DNA of 64,000 nt from Armatimonadota bacterium (GTDB taxonomy: Bacteria; Armatimonadota; SYMT01). The position numbers and the translations under genes were made by a program. Position 1 is the first letter of the stretch, and every line of letters starts with the position of its first letter. The notes beneath the pieces were generated by a model. It saw only the letters and a list, made by a program, of their open reading frames with translations. It ran no database searches and was not told the DNA's origin. Shown here one piece after another: positions 19,691 to 29,403 of this stretch. Location: contig JAWLHY010000003.1 of NCBI GenBank assembly GCA_041690135.1, positions 672,001 through 736,000 of the forward strand. The letters are read 5' to 3'.

Positions 19691-20272
19691 GGGGTACTTC
19701 TATACGTTCGGCAGGGGAGGGCCCACGATCCGGGAGAGAACGGCCCAATTGCGGCGACGCCGGAGCGGACCCGGCGCTACAGGGCCCGCCCGACTTCGGT
19801 GTCTCAGCCCCAAATCATCTTCGGGATCGAGCTTGAGAACCCGCATGAACTACACAGGTAATCTTCTTTTCGAGGGGCATACTCCTGCATTAGGGATTAA
19901 AATCCCCAATTTCTATCAGTAGACAGGGACAAAAATCCTTGTTCGCCAGGCAAGCAAATAGCTGGAGGAGGTAGGGAACGGGTTAGCGGGAGTGAACCCC
20001 AGCGGTTGGAACCGTCAGATAGCGGGGGAGAGTACCGGAATACGGGACAAGCCTCTGCTCCGCATAGAAGCTGGTTGGTAGTCGGGAAAGAGAGGAAATG
20101 ATGTTCCATTCCAGCCTGGAGCTTAGCCGCGACGCCGGGGCGAAGCACGCCCGGTTTGGGTTCTGGAGCGATAACCAGGACACGCTTCGCCTGTCGCAGC
20201 GTTTTCACGCGCAGGTCGTCCGCACGCCGGTCCTGCTCGCGCGCGCCCTCTCCTCAACGGACGCGACCGCCC

Positions 20273-20860
20273 ATGCTTCCTCCTGAGCGGCAAGCCGAGA
20301 TCATCGTGGTCACCGGACTTCCGCGCTCCGGGACCTCCCTGGCCATGCAGATGCTGGCTGCCGGCGGATTACCCCTGCTCACGGACAACGTCCGGCCGCC
20401 GGACGACGACAACCCCCGCGGCTACTGCGAGTATGCTCCCGTGCTGCGGACCGCCAGGGATGCCTCCTGGGTCTCGCAGGCGGAAGGCCGGGCCGTTAAG
20501 GTGGTCCATGCGTTGATCGCCCACCTTCCGGCGGGCCACCGCTACCGGGTCATCCTGATGGACCGCCCGCTCCCGCAGGTTCTCGCGTCCCAGCGGAAGA
20601 TGCTTGCCCTCCTCGGCCGGCCGGGGGCCTCCTTAACGGAGGAACAGCTGGCCGCCGTGTTCGCGCGCCAGTTGGAGGAGATCGTGAACTGGATGGAGCA
20701 GTCGCCCGAGATTTCCTGGTTCCGCCTTCGCTACCCGGAGGTCGTTGCCGACCCGGCCTGGGCCGCGACGGCCCTCAACCGGTTCCTGGGGGGAGGCCTC
20801 AACGAGAAAGCGATGGCCTCCGTGGTGGACCCGTCGTTGTACCGGCAGAAGCATCCTTGA
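20273..20860 (+). CDS. Sulfotransferase-family protein
   Basis: PAPS-binding loop VVTGLPRSGTS, DDDNPRGY.E, R....VLASQ..M, VDPSLYRQ. ATG at 20273 is in frame with the track ORF. Confidence 0.85.
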   Translation: MLPPERQAEIIVVTGLPRSGTSLAMQMLAAGGLPLLTDNVRPPDDDNPRGYCEYAPVLRTARDASWVSQAEGRAVKVVHALIAHLPAGHRYRVILMDRPLPQVLASQRKMLALLGRPGASLTEEQLAAVFARQLEEIVNWMEQSPEISWFRLRYPEVVADPAWAATALNRFLGGGLNEKAMASVVDPSLYRQKHP

Positions 20861-20883
20861 CCCGTCACCAATTCCAATGCCCC

Positions 20884-21640
20884 GCCTGAATGGCGGCAAG
20901 TGCAGTTCGGCGACTCTGGATACTGGGAGCGAGACCGCCACGGGGTGAACCGTAGAGCGGTTGAGGCATGCCCGGAGTCCCGCTGCAAGGCGGGCCTTCG
21001 CGAGCGGGGGGTCCGGATCCCATGATGGAGAGCGGTGTGCTCCTGGTACCAGCGGGAGCCGTGGTAGACGAGGACGGGCACCCGCAATAACGGTTGCGGG
21101 AGGTCTGGATCCCGTGATGGAGAGCAGTGTGCTCCTGGTATCGGCGGGAACTAGGGTAGACGGTGACGGGCGCCCGTATCAGAAGTCGCGAAGGCCCGCC
21201 TCGCAGCGGGACTCCGTCAAGCACCATGAAAGGTTACTGATAACTGTGCCGGGCTTCTAATGCCCAACTCGCCAACCCGGACTCGAAGCTTTGAAGATTG
21301 ACCAAAGCTTCAGCGCCCCTGTGCTGAGCCTGGAAAGTTGCAAGAGCCGTTTGGCGCTTCCAGGTGCTGGAGGCGGGGCGGGCATGGGTTGTACCGTAGT
21401 ATGCACGGGCCATGCCCGGAGTCCCGCTGCAAGGCGGGTCTTCGCGAGCGGGGGATCCGGATCCCATGATGCAGAGCGGAGCGCGCCCAGGTACCAGCGG
21501 GAGCCGTAGTGGACGATGACGGGCACCCGTACCAGAAGTCGCGAAGGCCCGCCTCGCAGCGGGACTCCGTCAAGCACCATGAGCGGTGTGCGATCACTGT
21601 GCCAGGCTTCTAACGCTCAACTCGCTAATCCGGACTCGAA
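20884..21640. repeat. Two diverged tandem copies (about 20884-21287 and 21328-21640) of a non-coding element with 31-bp inverted repeats
   Basis: IR pairs 20973-21003/21186-21216 and 21417-21447/21539-21569 (CGGAGTCCCGCTGCAAGGCGGG(C/T)CTTCGCGA). Shared downstream tail TCAAGCACCATGA...CCGGACTCGAA. Confidence 0.85.
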
Positions 21641-21710
21641 ACCTCATTCCCTGGAAGCGTGCCCCTGCGGTACGTGACGAAGCCCATTTAGGCTGGAAAC
21701 CAGGGAGCGG

Positions 21711-23186
21711 TTATTCCTTGACGGAGCCATAACCTTGCTGGCTAGCCTGCCAGCCGGAGAGGCGCTTGAGGAGGGGGCGCAGTGCGGCGCGGTACATGGG
21801 GCTGTCGGGGTGGCGGCCCGCGAACTCGGCCAGCATCCGGTTCTCGCGGCGGAGCTCGGCGGCGGCCTCGGCTTGCAGGCGAGTGCGCTCCGCCTCGTCC
21901 ACGCCGGCCCAGAACTGGTCGAACTCCGCTTCCGCCCGGGCCTGCTGCTCCTCCCGGGTGGCCTGTTCCGCTTCCCGGGCTCGAACGCGCTCAGTACGGG
22001 CCTGGGCCTCCTGGGCCTGCATCCAGCCGGGAGGCGCCGACCATCCCTCCCGGATCGATTTCACCAGCACCCCGCCCGGGTTCTTCGCGTCCCGGTAGGG
22101 GAGGTAATCCAGTTGCCGGTCGCACTCCTCCGGGACCGACCGCGCAAGGTCGAGGGCATCCTTGCGCGAGACCCCCTGCTCCATCAGGCGACGGCTGCGC
22201 GACTGTATCTCTTCCGGCACCGAAGGCGGCGCAGGACTGGGGGCCGAAGCGGAGGCCGAAGGCGGTGCCGGAGCGGGGGATGGAGTGGCAGCCGGGGTTT
22301 TCTCCACCACGAGATCCGGCAAGGTAAGGCGGCCGTCGCGGGTGGGGAAGCGATAGATGACCATCAACTCGCCCGGCTGCGTCCGCATCTCCGCATACTC
22401 CGTGGCGAGCAGGAAGCCCCGGTCGATGAGCTCCTGGTGCGCGGGATCGAGCTTCCGCTTGATCTGGGAGGGGTAGTAGTTGCGGGAGAGCCCCAGGTGC
22501 TCGAACGCCAGCTTGCGCAGGCCGATGCGGTAGAGCGGCTTGCCGTCGTACCGTTTCGCGTCCAGGTAGCGGTAGAGCGCCTTGGCGATGGAGCTTTCCA
22601 GCGAAAGGAAGAGGTGCACGTCCAGGCTCTTCAGGTAGCCCGCCTGCATGTTCCGGTAGAGATAGGGGCTCCAGGTGATCCAGCTCGGAAAGAGCGCCGG
22701 CTCGTCGGTCCCCGCCTCGCGGCTGCCGGTGATGTCGAACTCCGCGATGATGCCGATCGATCGCTCCCGTTCCCACCGGCGCTTCTGGGCATCGAAGAAG
22801 GCGTTCTTGGCCGAGATGGAGATCCCGCGCAGGCGGTGCAGCCCCGTTACCAGCCGCTCGTAGCTGCGGCCGTGCTGGTCCCACCCCAAACGTTCGATCA
22901 ACTCGTAGCGCGAAAAGGTGACCCGCTCCGGGAAGGACTGCTCCCGCGTCAACTCCATCAGCACCACGTAGAGATCCACGTCCGCCGAGGTGGGCAGTCC
23001 GTACTTGGGGCTACCCTGAACGACCCATTCCTTCTCCCCGTCTCGAAACTCGATGACCAGGGGGCTTTCCTTGGACCCACGGCTCGCCAGGACGGCAAAC
23101 GGAAATTCCGTCAGGTTCAGTTCATCGCGACCCGTGCGAGGGGCTACAGGGGCAAGGTCCAGGGGAAGCTCATTCTGGCCCGGCAT
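21711..23186 (-). CDS. repA: Plasmid-type replication initiator protein A (RPA/RepA family)
   Basis: GRDELNLTEFPF, GLPT..D.D.Y..L, FSRYELI..LGW...G..Y, GYLKSLD, AKALYRYLDAKRY, KRKL.PA..EL...GFL; C-terminal NPGGVLVKSIREGW. Confidence 0.85.
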   Translation of the reverse strand: MPGQNELPLDLAPVAPRTGRDELNLTEFPFAVLASRGSKESPLVIEFRDGEKEWVVQGSPKYGLPTSADVDLYVVLMELTREQSFPERVTFSRYELIERLGWDQHGRSYERLVTGLHRLRGISISAKNAFFDAQKRRWERERSIGIIAEFDITGSREAGTDEPALFPSWITWSPYLYRNMQAGYLKSLDVHLFLSLESSIAKALYRYLDAKRYDGKPLYRIGLRKLAFEHLGLSRNYYPSQIKRKLDPAHQELIDRGFLLATEYAEMRTQPGELMVIYRFPTRDGRLTLPDLVVEKTPAATPSPAPAPPSASASAPSPAPPSVPEEIQSRSRRLMEQGVSRKDALDLARSVPEECDRQLDYLPYRDAKNPGGVLVKSIREGWSAPPGWMQAQEAQARTERVRAREAEQATREEQQARAEAEFDQFWAGVDEAERTRLQAEAAAELRRENRMLAEFAGRHPDSPMYRAALRPLLKRLSGWQASQQGYGSVKE

Positions 23187-23326
23187 ACAACAACAACTCC
23201 TCCAGCCGCTGCTCCGAACGTTTGACCGGCGGGCAGTCGCGTAGTTCCAGTAGTTCCAAACGGGTGTTCTAAGTATAGTTCCAGAGCCCGAGAATGCCCT
23301 GATTCGGCCGTAGATTCCGAATGCGG

Positions 23327-23941
23327 CTTGCCTCATCTTCCGGTACGGCTTGCCTCACCGTCCGGTACCCCTTGCTCCGTTTTCCGGTACCCCTTGTCCC
23401 GCATTCCGGGGGCCCTTGCCCCGGCGTCCGGGGATTTCTTGCTTCGCCGTCCGGTACCCGCTCGGGCGCTGCCGGTGCAAGGGAATCCTGCTTCGCCGTC
23501 CGATACGGGGTGTCGTTTTGGGTCAGGCGCCGGAAGGGGCGCAGACCCCGAGTACCGCGGCCATCAGGCACGGGCTCTTGCCCCGTGGTCCGGTACGGTT
23601 AAGAGTGGGGTAGCCGGCTTTGCTGCGTGAGGAACCCGATCCCAGGCACGAAACGAACGGAAAAGGGATTGCGCGTCTCGTGCCTGGGGGCTCGATTCCG
23701 GGTTTGTCTCGCGGTCCGGTACGGGGCGCGGAGGCGGAGCTTGCCCCGAGTTCCGGTAGGCCGGCGGAATCGCTCGAATCCATCCTTGCTCCGGTGTCCG
23801 GTACATGGCCCATCCGGCGCTCCGGATTCAGCCCTTGCCCCGGATTCCGGTACTTCCGTCGATCCGTTCCGATTCACTCCTTGCCCCGTTGTCCGTGATT
23901 CACCGCCAGGAAAGGCGTTCTTGCCCCGTTTTCCGGTACGG
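23327..23941. repeat. Iteron-like array upstream of repA: about 14 copies of 22-bp CTTGCYYCGNNDTCCGGTACSS
   Basis: Copies start at 23327, 23349, 23371, 23393, 23415, 23438 (spacing 22,22,22,22,23), then 23487, 23577, 23703, 23740, 23785, 23834, 23880 and 23920, all in the same orientation. Confidence 0.85.
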
Positions 23942-23966
23942 GAGGATCGGACCGGAAAACGGCGCG

Positions 23967-24749
23967 TCAGGGAACGATCTGGTGATCGGGGAAGTGCATG
24001 TGCCGGATCGTGGGGTACTTGCGCCAGGCGGCGTGGCCGTCGACAAAGGCGTAGTTCGTGCCGTCGTTATGCCGGCGGACGTTGAAGAGGGGCTCCACCG
24101 CGGCGAGACCGTTCCAGGCGTCGTAGTCGTCCTGGTTGTGGCCCTGGGCGGTGATGCCGCTCTCGCAGAAGAGGATCGTCTCCGCGGGGCTCACCATCCG
24201 GGGGTCGTCCTGCACGTACTTGTTGGCGGGCAGGGGATAGGTGGGATCGGCCGGCGGGGAGTTATGGGTGAAGTAGGCGTTGATGAGATAGCTGGGGCGC
24301 TCCACCCGGCCGGAGTTGGGGTTCACCAGGGCGGTGGCCGGGTCGCTGCGGCAGATGCCGATCCGGTCATTCTTCATGTAGGGCGCCAGCTCGTCTTTCC
24401 AGAAGATCTCCGCCAGGCCGGCGTGGTGGAAGTAGAGCTGCCCGTCGTGGTCCGCGAAGTACATCCCGGCCGCCAGCCCGATCTGGCGCAGGTTGGAGAG
24501 GCAGTCGATCGAGCGCGCCTTCTCCCGCACCTGCGCGAAGACGGGGAAGAGGATGGCGGCGAGGATGGCGATGATCGCTATCACCACGAGGAGCTCGATG
24601 AGCGTGAAAGCGCGGCGAGATCGATAAAGATAACGATAAGGATAAAGAGAAGAGTGGGAGGGAGCGAGTGGATAAGGGAGAGGATGAGGGGGGCGGGTGG
24701 AAAGGGGGTTCATACGATTCTCCGAATCCTCATACATGAGGTCTGACAA
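23967..24749 (-). CDS. Prepilin-type N-terminal cleavage/methylation domain protein with H-X9-DG motif (DUF1559-like)
   Basis: [35 protein letters not shown]...CLSNLRQIG...[15 protein letters not shown]; exact start uncertain. Confidence 0.9.
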   Translation of the reverse strand: MSDLMYEDSENRMNPLSTRPPHPLPYPLAPSHSSLYPYRYLYRSRRAFTLIELLVVIAIIAILAAILFPVFAQVREKARSIDCLSNLRQIGLAAGMYFADHDGQLYFHHAGLAEIFWKDELAPYMKNDRIGICRSDPATALVNPNSGRVERPSYLINAYFTHNSPPADPTYPLPANKYVQDDPRMVSPAETILFCESGITAQGHNQDDYDAWNGLAAVEPLFNVRRHNDGTNYAFVDGHAAWRKYPTIRHMHFPDHQIVP

Positions 24750-24808
24750 TCGTATCTCGGCAACGGCCCCCCTGCCCGTCCTCCGAGGGATTTAAGCGAG
24801 CGGATCGG

Positions 24809-26566
24809 TCACGGCGCCGTGGTGCCTTCGCGCAGCAGCGGCACGGCCTCCGCGGCGTTGGGGCCCACCACCGCGGTGATACGGTCCCCCGCGTGGATGC
24901 GGGTGGCGGCCGTGGGGACCTCCTCCTTCACGCCCCGGCGCACGGTGACGAGCACGCAGCCCGGCGGCAGACCCAGGTCGCGGACGGCGCGCCCCTCGAA
25001 CGGCGCGCCCGGATACACGGGCAGTTCCAGTAACAGGGCCCCCTCCAGTTCCGGGTTCGCCTGGCCGCGCAGGAGGTCCCGCTCCAGCAGCGCCTCGTAG
25101 ATCGGGCGGTCTCCCAGGTAGTCCGCCACCCCGTAAGCGGTGAGACAGGCGACCAGCAGCGGCAGCACGAGGGAGTAGTTGCCGGTCATCTCCACGATCA
25201 GCACGATGCCGGTGAGCGGCGCCCGCACGACGGCGGTGAAGTAGGCGCCCATCCCGACCACCGCGAAGTGCTCCGCCGGGCCCATCCCCTGCGGAAAGAT
25301 CTTGAGGGAGAGGAGCCCCACCGCCAGGCCGAGCTGCGCGCCCAGCACCAGCAGCGGCGCGAAGATCCCGCCGGGGGCGCCGCACCCGTAGCTGGCCATG
25401 GTGAGGCCGAAGCGCAGCAGGAAGAAGGCGGGCAGTAGATCGAGCGGCTCGCGGGCGTGGAGGGCCCGCTCCACCAGGGAATGACCGCCGCCCAGGGCCT
25501 CCGGCCAGAACCAGCCGACCAACCCCACCGCGGCGCCGACCCCCGCAGCGAGCTGCCACGCCGGTCGCCGCCGGAAGCGGCCGAAGAAATCGAGGCTGGC
25601 CACCAGGGCCCGGTTGAACGCCACCCCTAGTAACGCGGCAGCCAGGCCCAGCACCAGGAACGCGGGCAGGGAGGACAGCGGCGGGATCGACTGACTGGCC
25701 GTGTGGAAGACCGGCAACTGCCCCAGCAGGAGGCGAGCGGTGACGTCCGCCACCACCGAGGCGATGAACGCGGCGGTGAACACGGTGGGAGAGAAGTCCC
25801 GCTGGACCTCCTCCAGCACGAACATCAGGCCGGCGAGCGGCGCGTTGAAGGCGGCGGCCACCCCCGCTCCCGCCCCCGCGGCGGTGAGGGTCTGTCGTTC
25901 CCGCGGGGTGCAGGCGAACCAGCGGCTGACCATCTCGCCCACCGCACCGCCCATTTGCACGGTCGGCCCCTCGCGTCCCAGCGCCAACCCACCGCCGATG
26001 CCCGCAACCCCTCCCAGGAACTTCACCGGGATGACGCGCTGCCACGGCATCCCCTTGAGGCGGTGCAGCACCGCCTTGAGATGCGGGATACCGCTGCCGG
26101 CGGCTTCCGGCGCGTAACGCCGCACCAGGAACACGGCCACCCCCGCTCCCAGCGCCCCCCACAGCACGGGAACCAGGATCCCACCGAACGGCAGGGTGTG
26201 GGACCACCGGATGAGGCCGGTGCGGAAATCGTCCCCCGCCCGCAGCACCAGTCGGAACGCCACGGCCAGCAGTCCGGCGAGGAGGCCCACCAGCACCGCC
26301 CGGGGAAACTGCCGCCGCCGCAACTCGTGGGTGTTAACGAAGTCCTGGATTTCGCCCTGGACGATCTCCGGGGTGATCCCGTCCGGCTCCGGTCCTTCCC
26401 CTTGTTGCTCGCCTGACGCCCGAGGGGCGTCGCGGGATAGCTGCTGGGGCGGGGGGACGGGGGCGGAAGAACCGGGGGTAGGATCGGTGTCGGTCGTGGG
26501 CGGCATACTGCTTTCAGGGATTGGGGTGGGTCCGACAGGGAACGGGGGAACGGGCTGTCCGGTCAT
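24809..26566 (-). CDS. clcA: ClC H+/Cl- exchange transporter with C-terminal TrkA-C domain
   Basis: ClC signatures GSGIP, GREGPTVQ, FNAPLAG..FVLEE, GGIFAP, EMTG, PIYEAL; C-terminal TrkA-C-like domain. Confidence 0.93.
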   Translation of the reverse strand: MTGQPVPPFPVGPTPIPESSMPPTTDTDPTPGSSAPVPPPQQLSRDAPRASGEQQGEGPEPDGITPEIVQGEIQDFVNTHELRRRQFPRAVLVGLLAGLLAVAFRLVLRAGDDFRTGLIRWSHTLPFGGILVPVLWGALGAGVAVFLVRRYAPEAAGSGIPHLKAVLHRLKGMPWQRVIPVKFLGGVAGIGGGLALGREGPTVQMGGAVGEMVSRWFACTPRERQTLTAAGAGAGVAAAFNAPLAGLMFVLEEVQRDFSPTVFTAAFIASVVADVTARLLLGQLPVFHTASQSIPPLSSLPAFLVLGLAAALLGVAFNRALVASLDFFGRFRRRPAWQLAAGVGAAVGLVGWFWPEALGGGHSLVERALHAREPLDLLPAFFLLRFGLTMASYGCGAPGGIFAPLLVLGAQLGLAVGLLSLKIFPQGMGPAEHFAVVGMGAYFTAVVRAPLTGIVLIVEMTGNYSLVLPLLVACLTAYGVADYLGDRPIYEALLERDLLRGQANPELEGALLLELPVYPGAPFEGRAVRDLGLPPGCVLVTVRRGVKEEVPTAATRIHAGDRITAVVGPNAAEAVPLLREGTTAP

Positions 26567-26629
26567 CCCGGCAAACCGCGTTCCCCCGCTGCGCTTCTGT
26601 GGACCGGTTGGTCCGGGTAAGGCCGGACG

Positions 26630-28573
26630 CTATTTGGGCTGGATCGTCAGCGTTTGGGCCGGCACGGCGACCAGCACGTTCTTGGCGTTCCCCTGGACGG
26701 TGATCGGGCCGGCGCCCACGGGCGCGGCGGCCGCGGCGGTGAGGGTGATCTTCCCTTCCGTCTGGGTGTCGTTGATCGTGAGGGCGCTGGCGGTCACGTT
26801 CGGCGGCAGCCCGGCCACGGTCACGGCGATGTTCTCCTTGTAGTCCTTGGAGCGGGTCGCCTTCACCGTAAGCTCCAGCTTCTGGCCCTGCTTCACCGCC
26901 ATGGCCGGGGCAGTGAACTCCAGCTTATAGGGAGGCTCGGGCCCCACCCCCGTCACGATCAACTCGGTATCGCGCTGCTGCTTCTGGTTCGCCGCGGCCA
27001 GTGGGGGAGACCACGTCTCCTGCCCGCGGGCCACCCGCTCCAGGGTGCGGTCCCCTACCTTGCCGGTTCCCACGATCCGGGGCAGCGCGGCCACCGGCTT
27101 CGTGCCCGGAGCGGCAGTGAGGGTGACGACCACGCTGTTCTTCCCCTTGGGCAGGTTCGCGGCGCTGGCGGTAACCCCGGCGGGCAGGTTCTCGATCCGC
27201 AGGCCGATCTCTTCGTTGTAACCGGCCCGCACGGCCGTCACCGTGACCACGGCGGAGGCCCCGGCAGGGATCGTCGGGTTGTCCGGCGTGACCTTCAACT
27301 GGAAGTCGGGCGCGGGCGGCTCCGAGATCCGCAGCCGGTAGAAGTAGTCGTCGCTGCCGAGCGAGCTTAGGCTGCGCACCTCCGCATAGAACGTGCCGTC
27401 CGCCGGGGCGGTGAAGGTGAGGCGGGCGTCCTTGCCCACGCCGTCGTCGTTGGCCGCCAGTTCCTTACCGGTCCCGTCCAGCACGCGGAGCACCGGGTCG
27501 AGCCGGGAGTCGATCCGCTTCGCCTCCACGTCCAGCAAGATCACCTGCTTCGCCTTGGCATCGAAGGCGACCACGTCGCGGTCGCCCCGCTTCTCGATCC
27601 AGCCGCTCACGTTCACCGGGAACTGGCCGCTGCGGGTGGCGCTCTTCACGTCGTCGTTCGGCTCGGCTTCCACCGCTTCCGGCAGATCGTCCACGAACAG
27701 ATCGATTGGGTTAGCCAGGCCCAGCGGAGTCTTCGGCACCACCCGGACGCGTTCTTCCTTCGGGTCCGCGGGGAGCGCCACCTGGAGCTCGCCCATGTTC
27801 CCCAGGTTGATCCCCTGGAGGGCCACCTTCACCGTGGCGCCCCGCTGGCCGCCCATCGGGCTGTAGCGCGTGACCACCGGCAGTTTGCCGACCGTGAGCC
27901 GGTAGGTGTGCGCGGGGCTGCCCTTGAACAGGGTGTCGCGGACCTGGAGCAGGTACTTGCCGCTCGTTTTGAAGGTGTGGACGAGGCGCGGGTCCCGCCC
28001 GAAGTTATCCGCCGCGTAGCTCTGGTGTCGGCCCCGCTCGTCCAGCAGGGTGAGGAAGCCGTCCATCTGCGAGAGGTGCGCCGCCGCGTTGATGGAGAAC
28101 ACCCACGTCTCGCCGGCCTGCGCGCTGAAACTGTAGGTATCGATGTCTTCCGCCTTGTCCGACCGGCCCAGGATGGAGATGGGGAGCTTCTCCAGCACTT
28201 GCGGTTGCGAGCGGGCATCGTTCGGCTCCTTTTCCAGCAGGTCCGGGTAACGGCCCACCCAGATCCGGCCCGCGTTCGAGGCGCCCTTGCCGGTCACCAC
28301 CCGCACCTCGCGCATCCCGATCTCCGCATTCGGGTCGATGGTCAGCTTGAGGGGCAGCGAGCCGGCATTGCCGCCCATGGCGGTTTCGGCCTTCACGCCG
28401 GTCCCGCTCACGTAAACAGCCTGGACGTCCGCCAGGTTGCCGCCGGACACGGTGGCGGTGACCGCCGTGCCGGCCTGACCGCCCGGCGGGAAGACCGCCG
28501 TGATCGAGGGCGCCTGCGCGGCGGCCGGAAGGGAAGGGGCCAGGATCGCGGCGGCCAGCAAGTAGCGCTTCAT
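26630..28573 (-). CDS. Secreted PPC (pre-peptidase C-terminal) repeat protein, planctomycete-type
   Basis: Signal peptide MKRYLLAAA...AQA; FPPGGQAG, two E.EPND repeats, D.D.Y.F, LDPVLRVLD..G..LA.NDD, D.RL.FTAP.DG.YY. No protease catalytic motif seen. Confidence 0.85.
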   Translation of the reverse strand: MKRYLLAAAILAPSLPAAAQAPSITAVFPPGGQAGTAVTATVSGGNLADVQAVYVSGTGVKAETAMGGNAGSLPLKLTIDPNAEIGMREVRVVTGKGASNAGRIWVGRYPDLLEKEPNDARSQPQVLEKLPISILGRSDKAEDIDTYSFSAQAGETWVFSINAAAHLSQMDGFLTLLDERGRHQSYAADNFGRDPRLVHTFKTSGKYLLQVRDTLFKGSPAHTYRLTVGKLPVVTRYSPMGGQRGATVKVALQGINLGNMGELQVALPADPKEERVRVVPKTPLGLANPIDLFVDDLPEAVEAEPNDDVKSATRSGQFPVNVSGWIEKRGDRDVVAFDAKAKQVILLDVEAKRIDSRLDPVLRVLDGTGKELAANDDGVGKDARLTFTAPADGTFYAEVRSLSSLGSDDYFYRLRISEPPAPDFQLKVTPDNPTIPAGASAVVTVTAVRAGYNEEIGLRIENLPAGVTASAANLPKGKNSVVVTLTAAPGTKPVAALPRIVGTGKVGDRTLERVARGQETWSPPLAAANQKQQRDTELIVTGVGPEPPYKLEFTAPAMAVKQGQKLELTVKATRSKDYKENIAVTVAGLPPNVTASALTINDTQTEGKITLTAAAAAPVGAGPITVQGNAKNVLVAVPAQTLTIQPK

Positions 28574-28709
28574 CGGGACCTCCGGAAGAGAGCGACGGGT
28601 TGAGCAGCAAAAGGGAAGAAGGGGCAACCTACCAGGTTGAATCTACCCCTTCCATGGTGTCCCGCCGGGGGGAAGAAGTGATCCACATCACATCCGATTG
28701 CCTGCGGCC

Positions 28710-28741
28710 GATCAGGATGAGGATGAGGATGAGGATAAGGA
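28710..28741 (+). repeat. Hexamer simple repeat (GATNAG)n
   Basis: GATCAG GATGAG GATGAG GATGAG GATAAG. Confidence 0.75.
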
Positions 28742-29099
28742 GAGTGTGGAGGCAGGCGTAGAGTTCATTTCGCAATTGTGGTCTTTTGACACGGAGGACA
28801 CGGATGGAACGGAGTGGCACGGAGGAAGGGAAGTGGAGGAGTTCGTTTCGCAGTGGGTGGTGGCCCGCTCGACACAGACGGACACAGAGGGGACAAGAGG
28901 GGACACAGAGTTGCGTGGATCGGGTGGATGGGTGAGGGGTGGAGGAGTGAAGCGGTGAGGGGTAGTAGCGTCGGGATCCGGGGAGTGGGAGGGGTTGGGA
29001 ACGGTGGCGTCGGAAGGAGCCCCGGATGCGGCGGCGGTGGGAGTGCGGGAAACGGCGCCCTTTTCCGGGGCTGGTGATCGACAGGGTGGAGGGCCGCCG

Positions 29100-29375
29100 T
29101 TATTGCCTCCGCTTGCGGTTCCTGGCCTTACTCCCGGAAGCTCCCTCGGGGTTCGGTTCGCCGGTGGGTTGCGGCCGGGCCCGGGGCGGCGGCTGGGGGG
29201 CCGGTGGGTTCCGCCGGCTCTCGAGGAAGCGGTTCAGGTCCTCTTCCTCCACGGCGAAGACTCCCGGGGAAAGGGTCACCAGCGGCACGCCCGCGGCAAT
29301 CAGCGCGCGCCGGATCGTGTTGGTGCTGCCCATCCGCGCGCGACGGGCAGCGGTGGCCATTTTGATGAGGGGCAT
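29100..29375 (-). CDS. Small putative DNA-binding protein (excisionase/HTH-like)
   Basis: 91 aa; AARRARMGSTNTIRRAL...FAVEEEDLNRFLESR resembles short winged-HTH/Xis-like proteins; basic Pro-rich tail. Confidence 0.5.
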   Translation of the reverse strand: MPLIKMATAARRARMGSTNTIRRALIAAGVPLVTLSPGVFAVEEEDLNRFLESRRNPPAPQPPPRARPQPTGEPNPEGASGSKARNRKRRQ

Positions 29376-29403
29376 CAGGGATACCGGGCCCTTTGCGTTC
29401 GCC

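Noticed and set aside
20865-21597. Small ORFs with duplicated N-termini (MVLDGVPLRGGPSRLL)
   Set aside because: They are translations of the non-coding inverted-repeat element and the frames are not preserved between copies.
23327-23941. CRISPR array interpretation of the 22-bp repeats
   Set aside because: The first six copies are contiguous with no spacers, later spacing is irregular, the repeats are degenerate and there are no cas genes. Position next to repA fits iterons.
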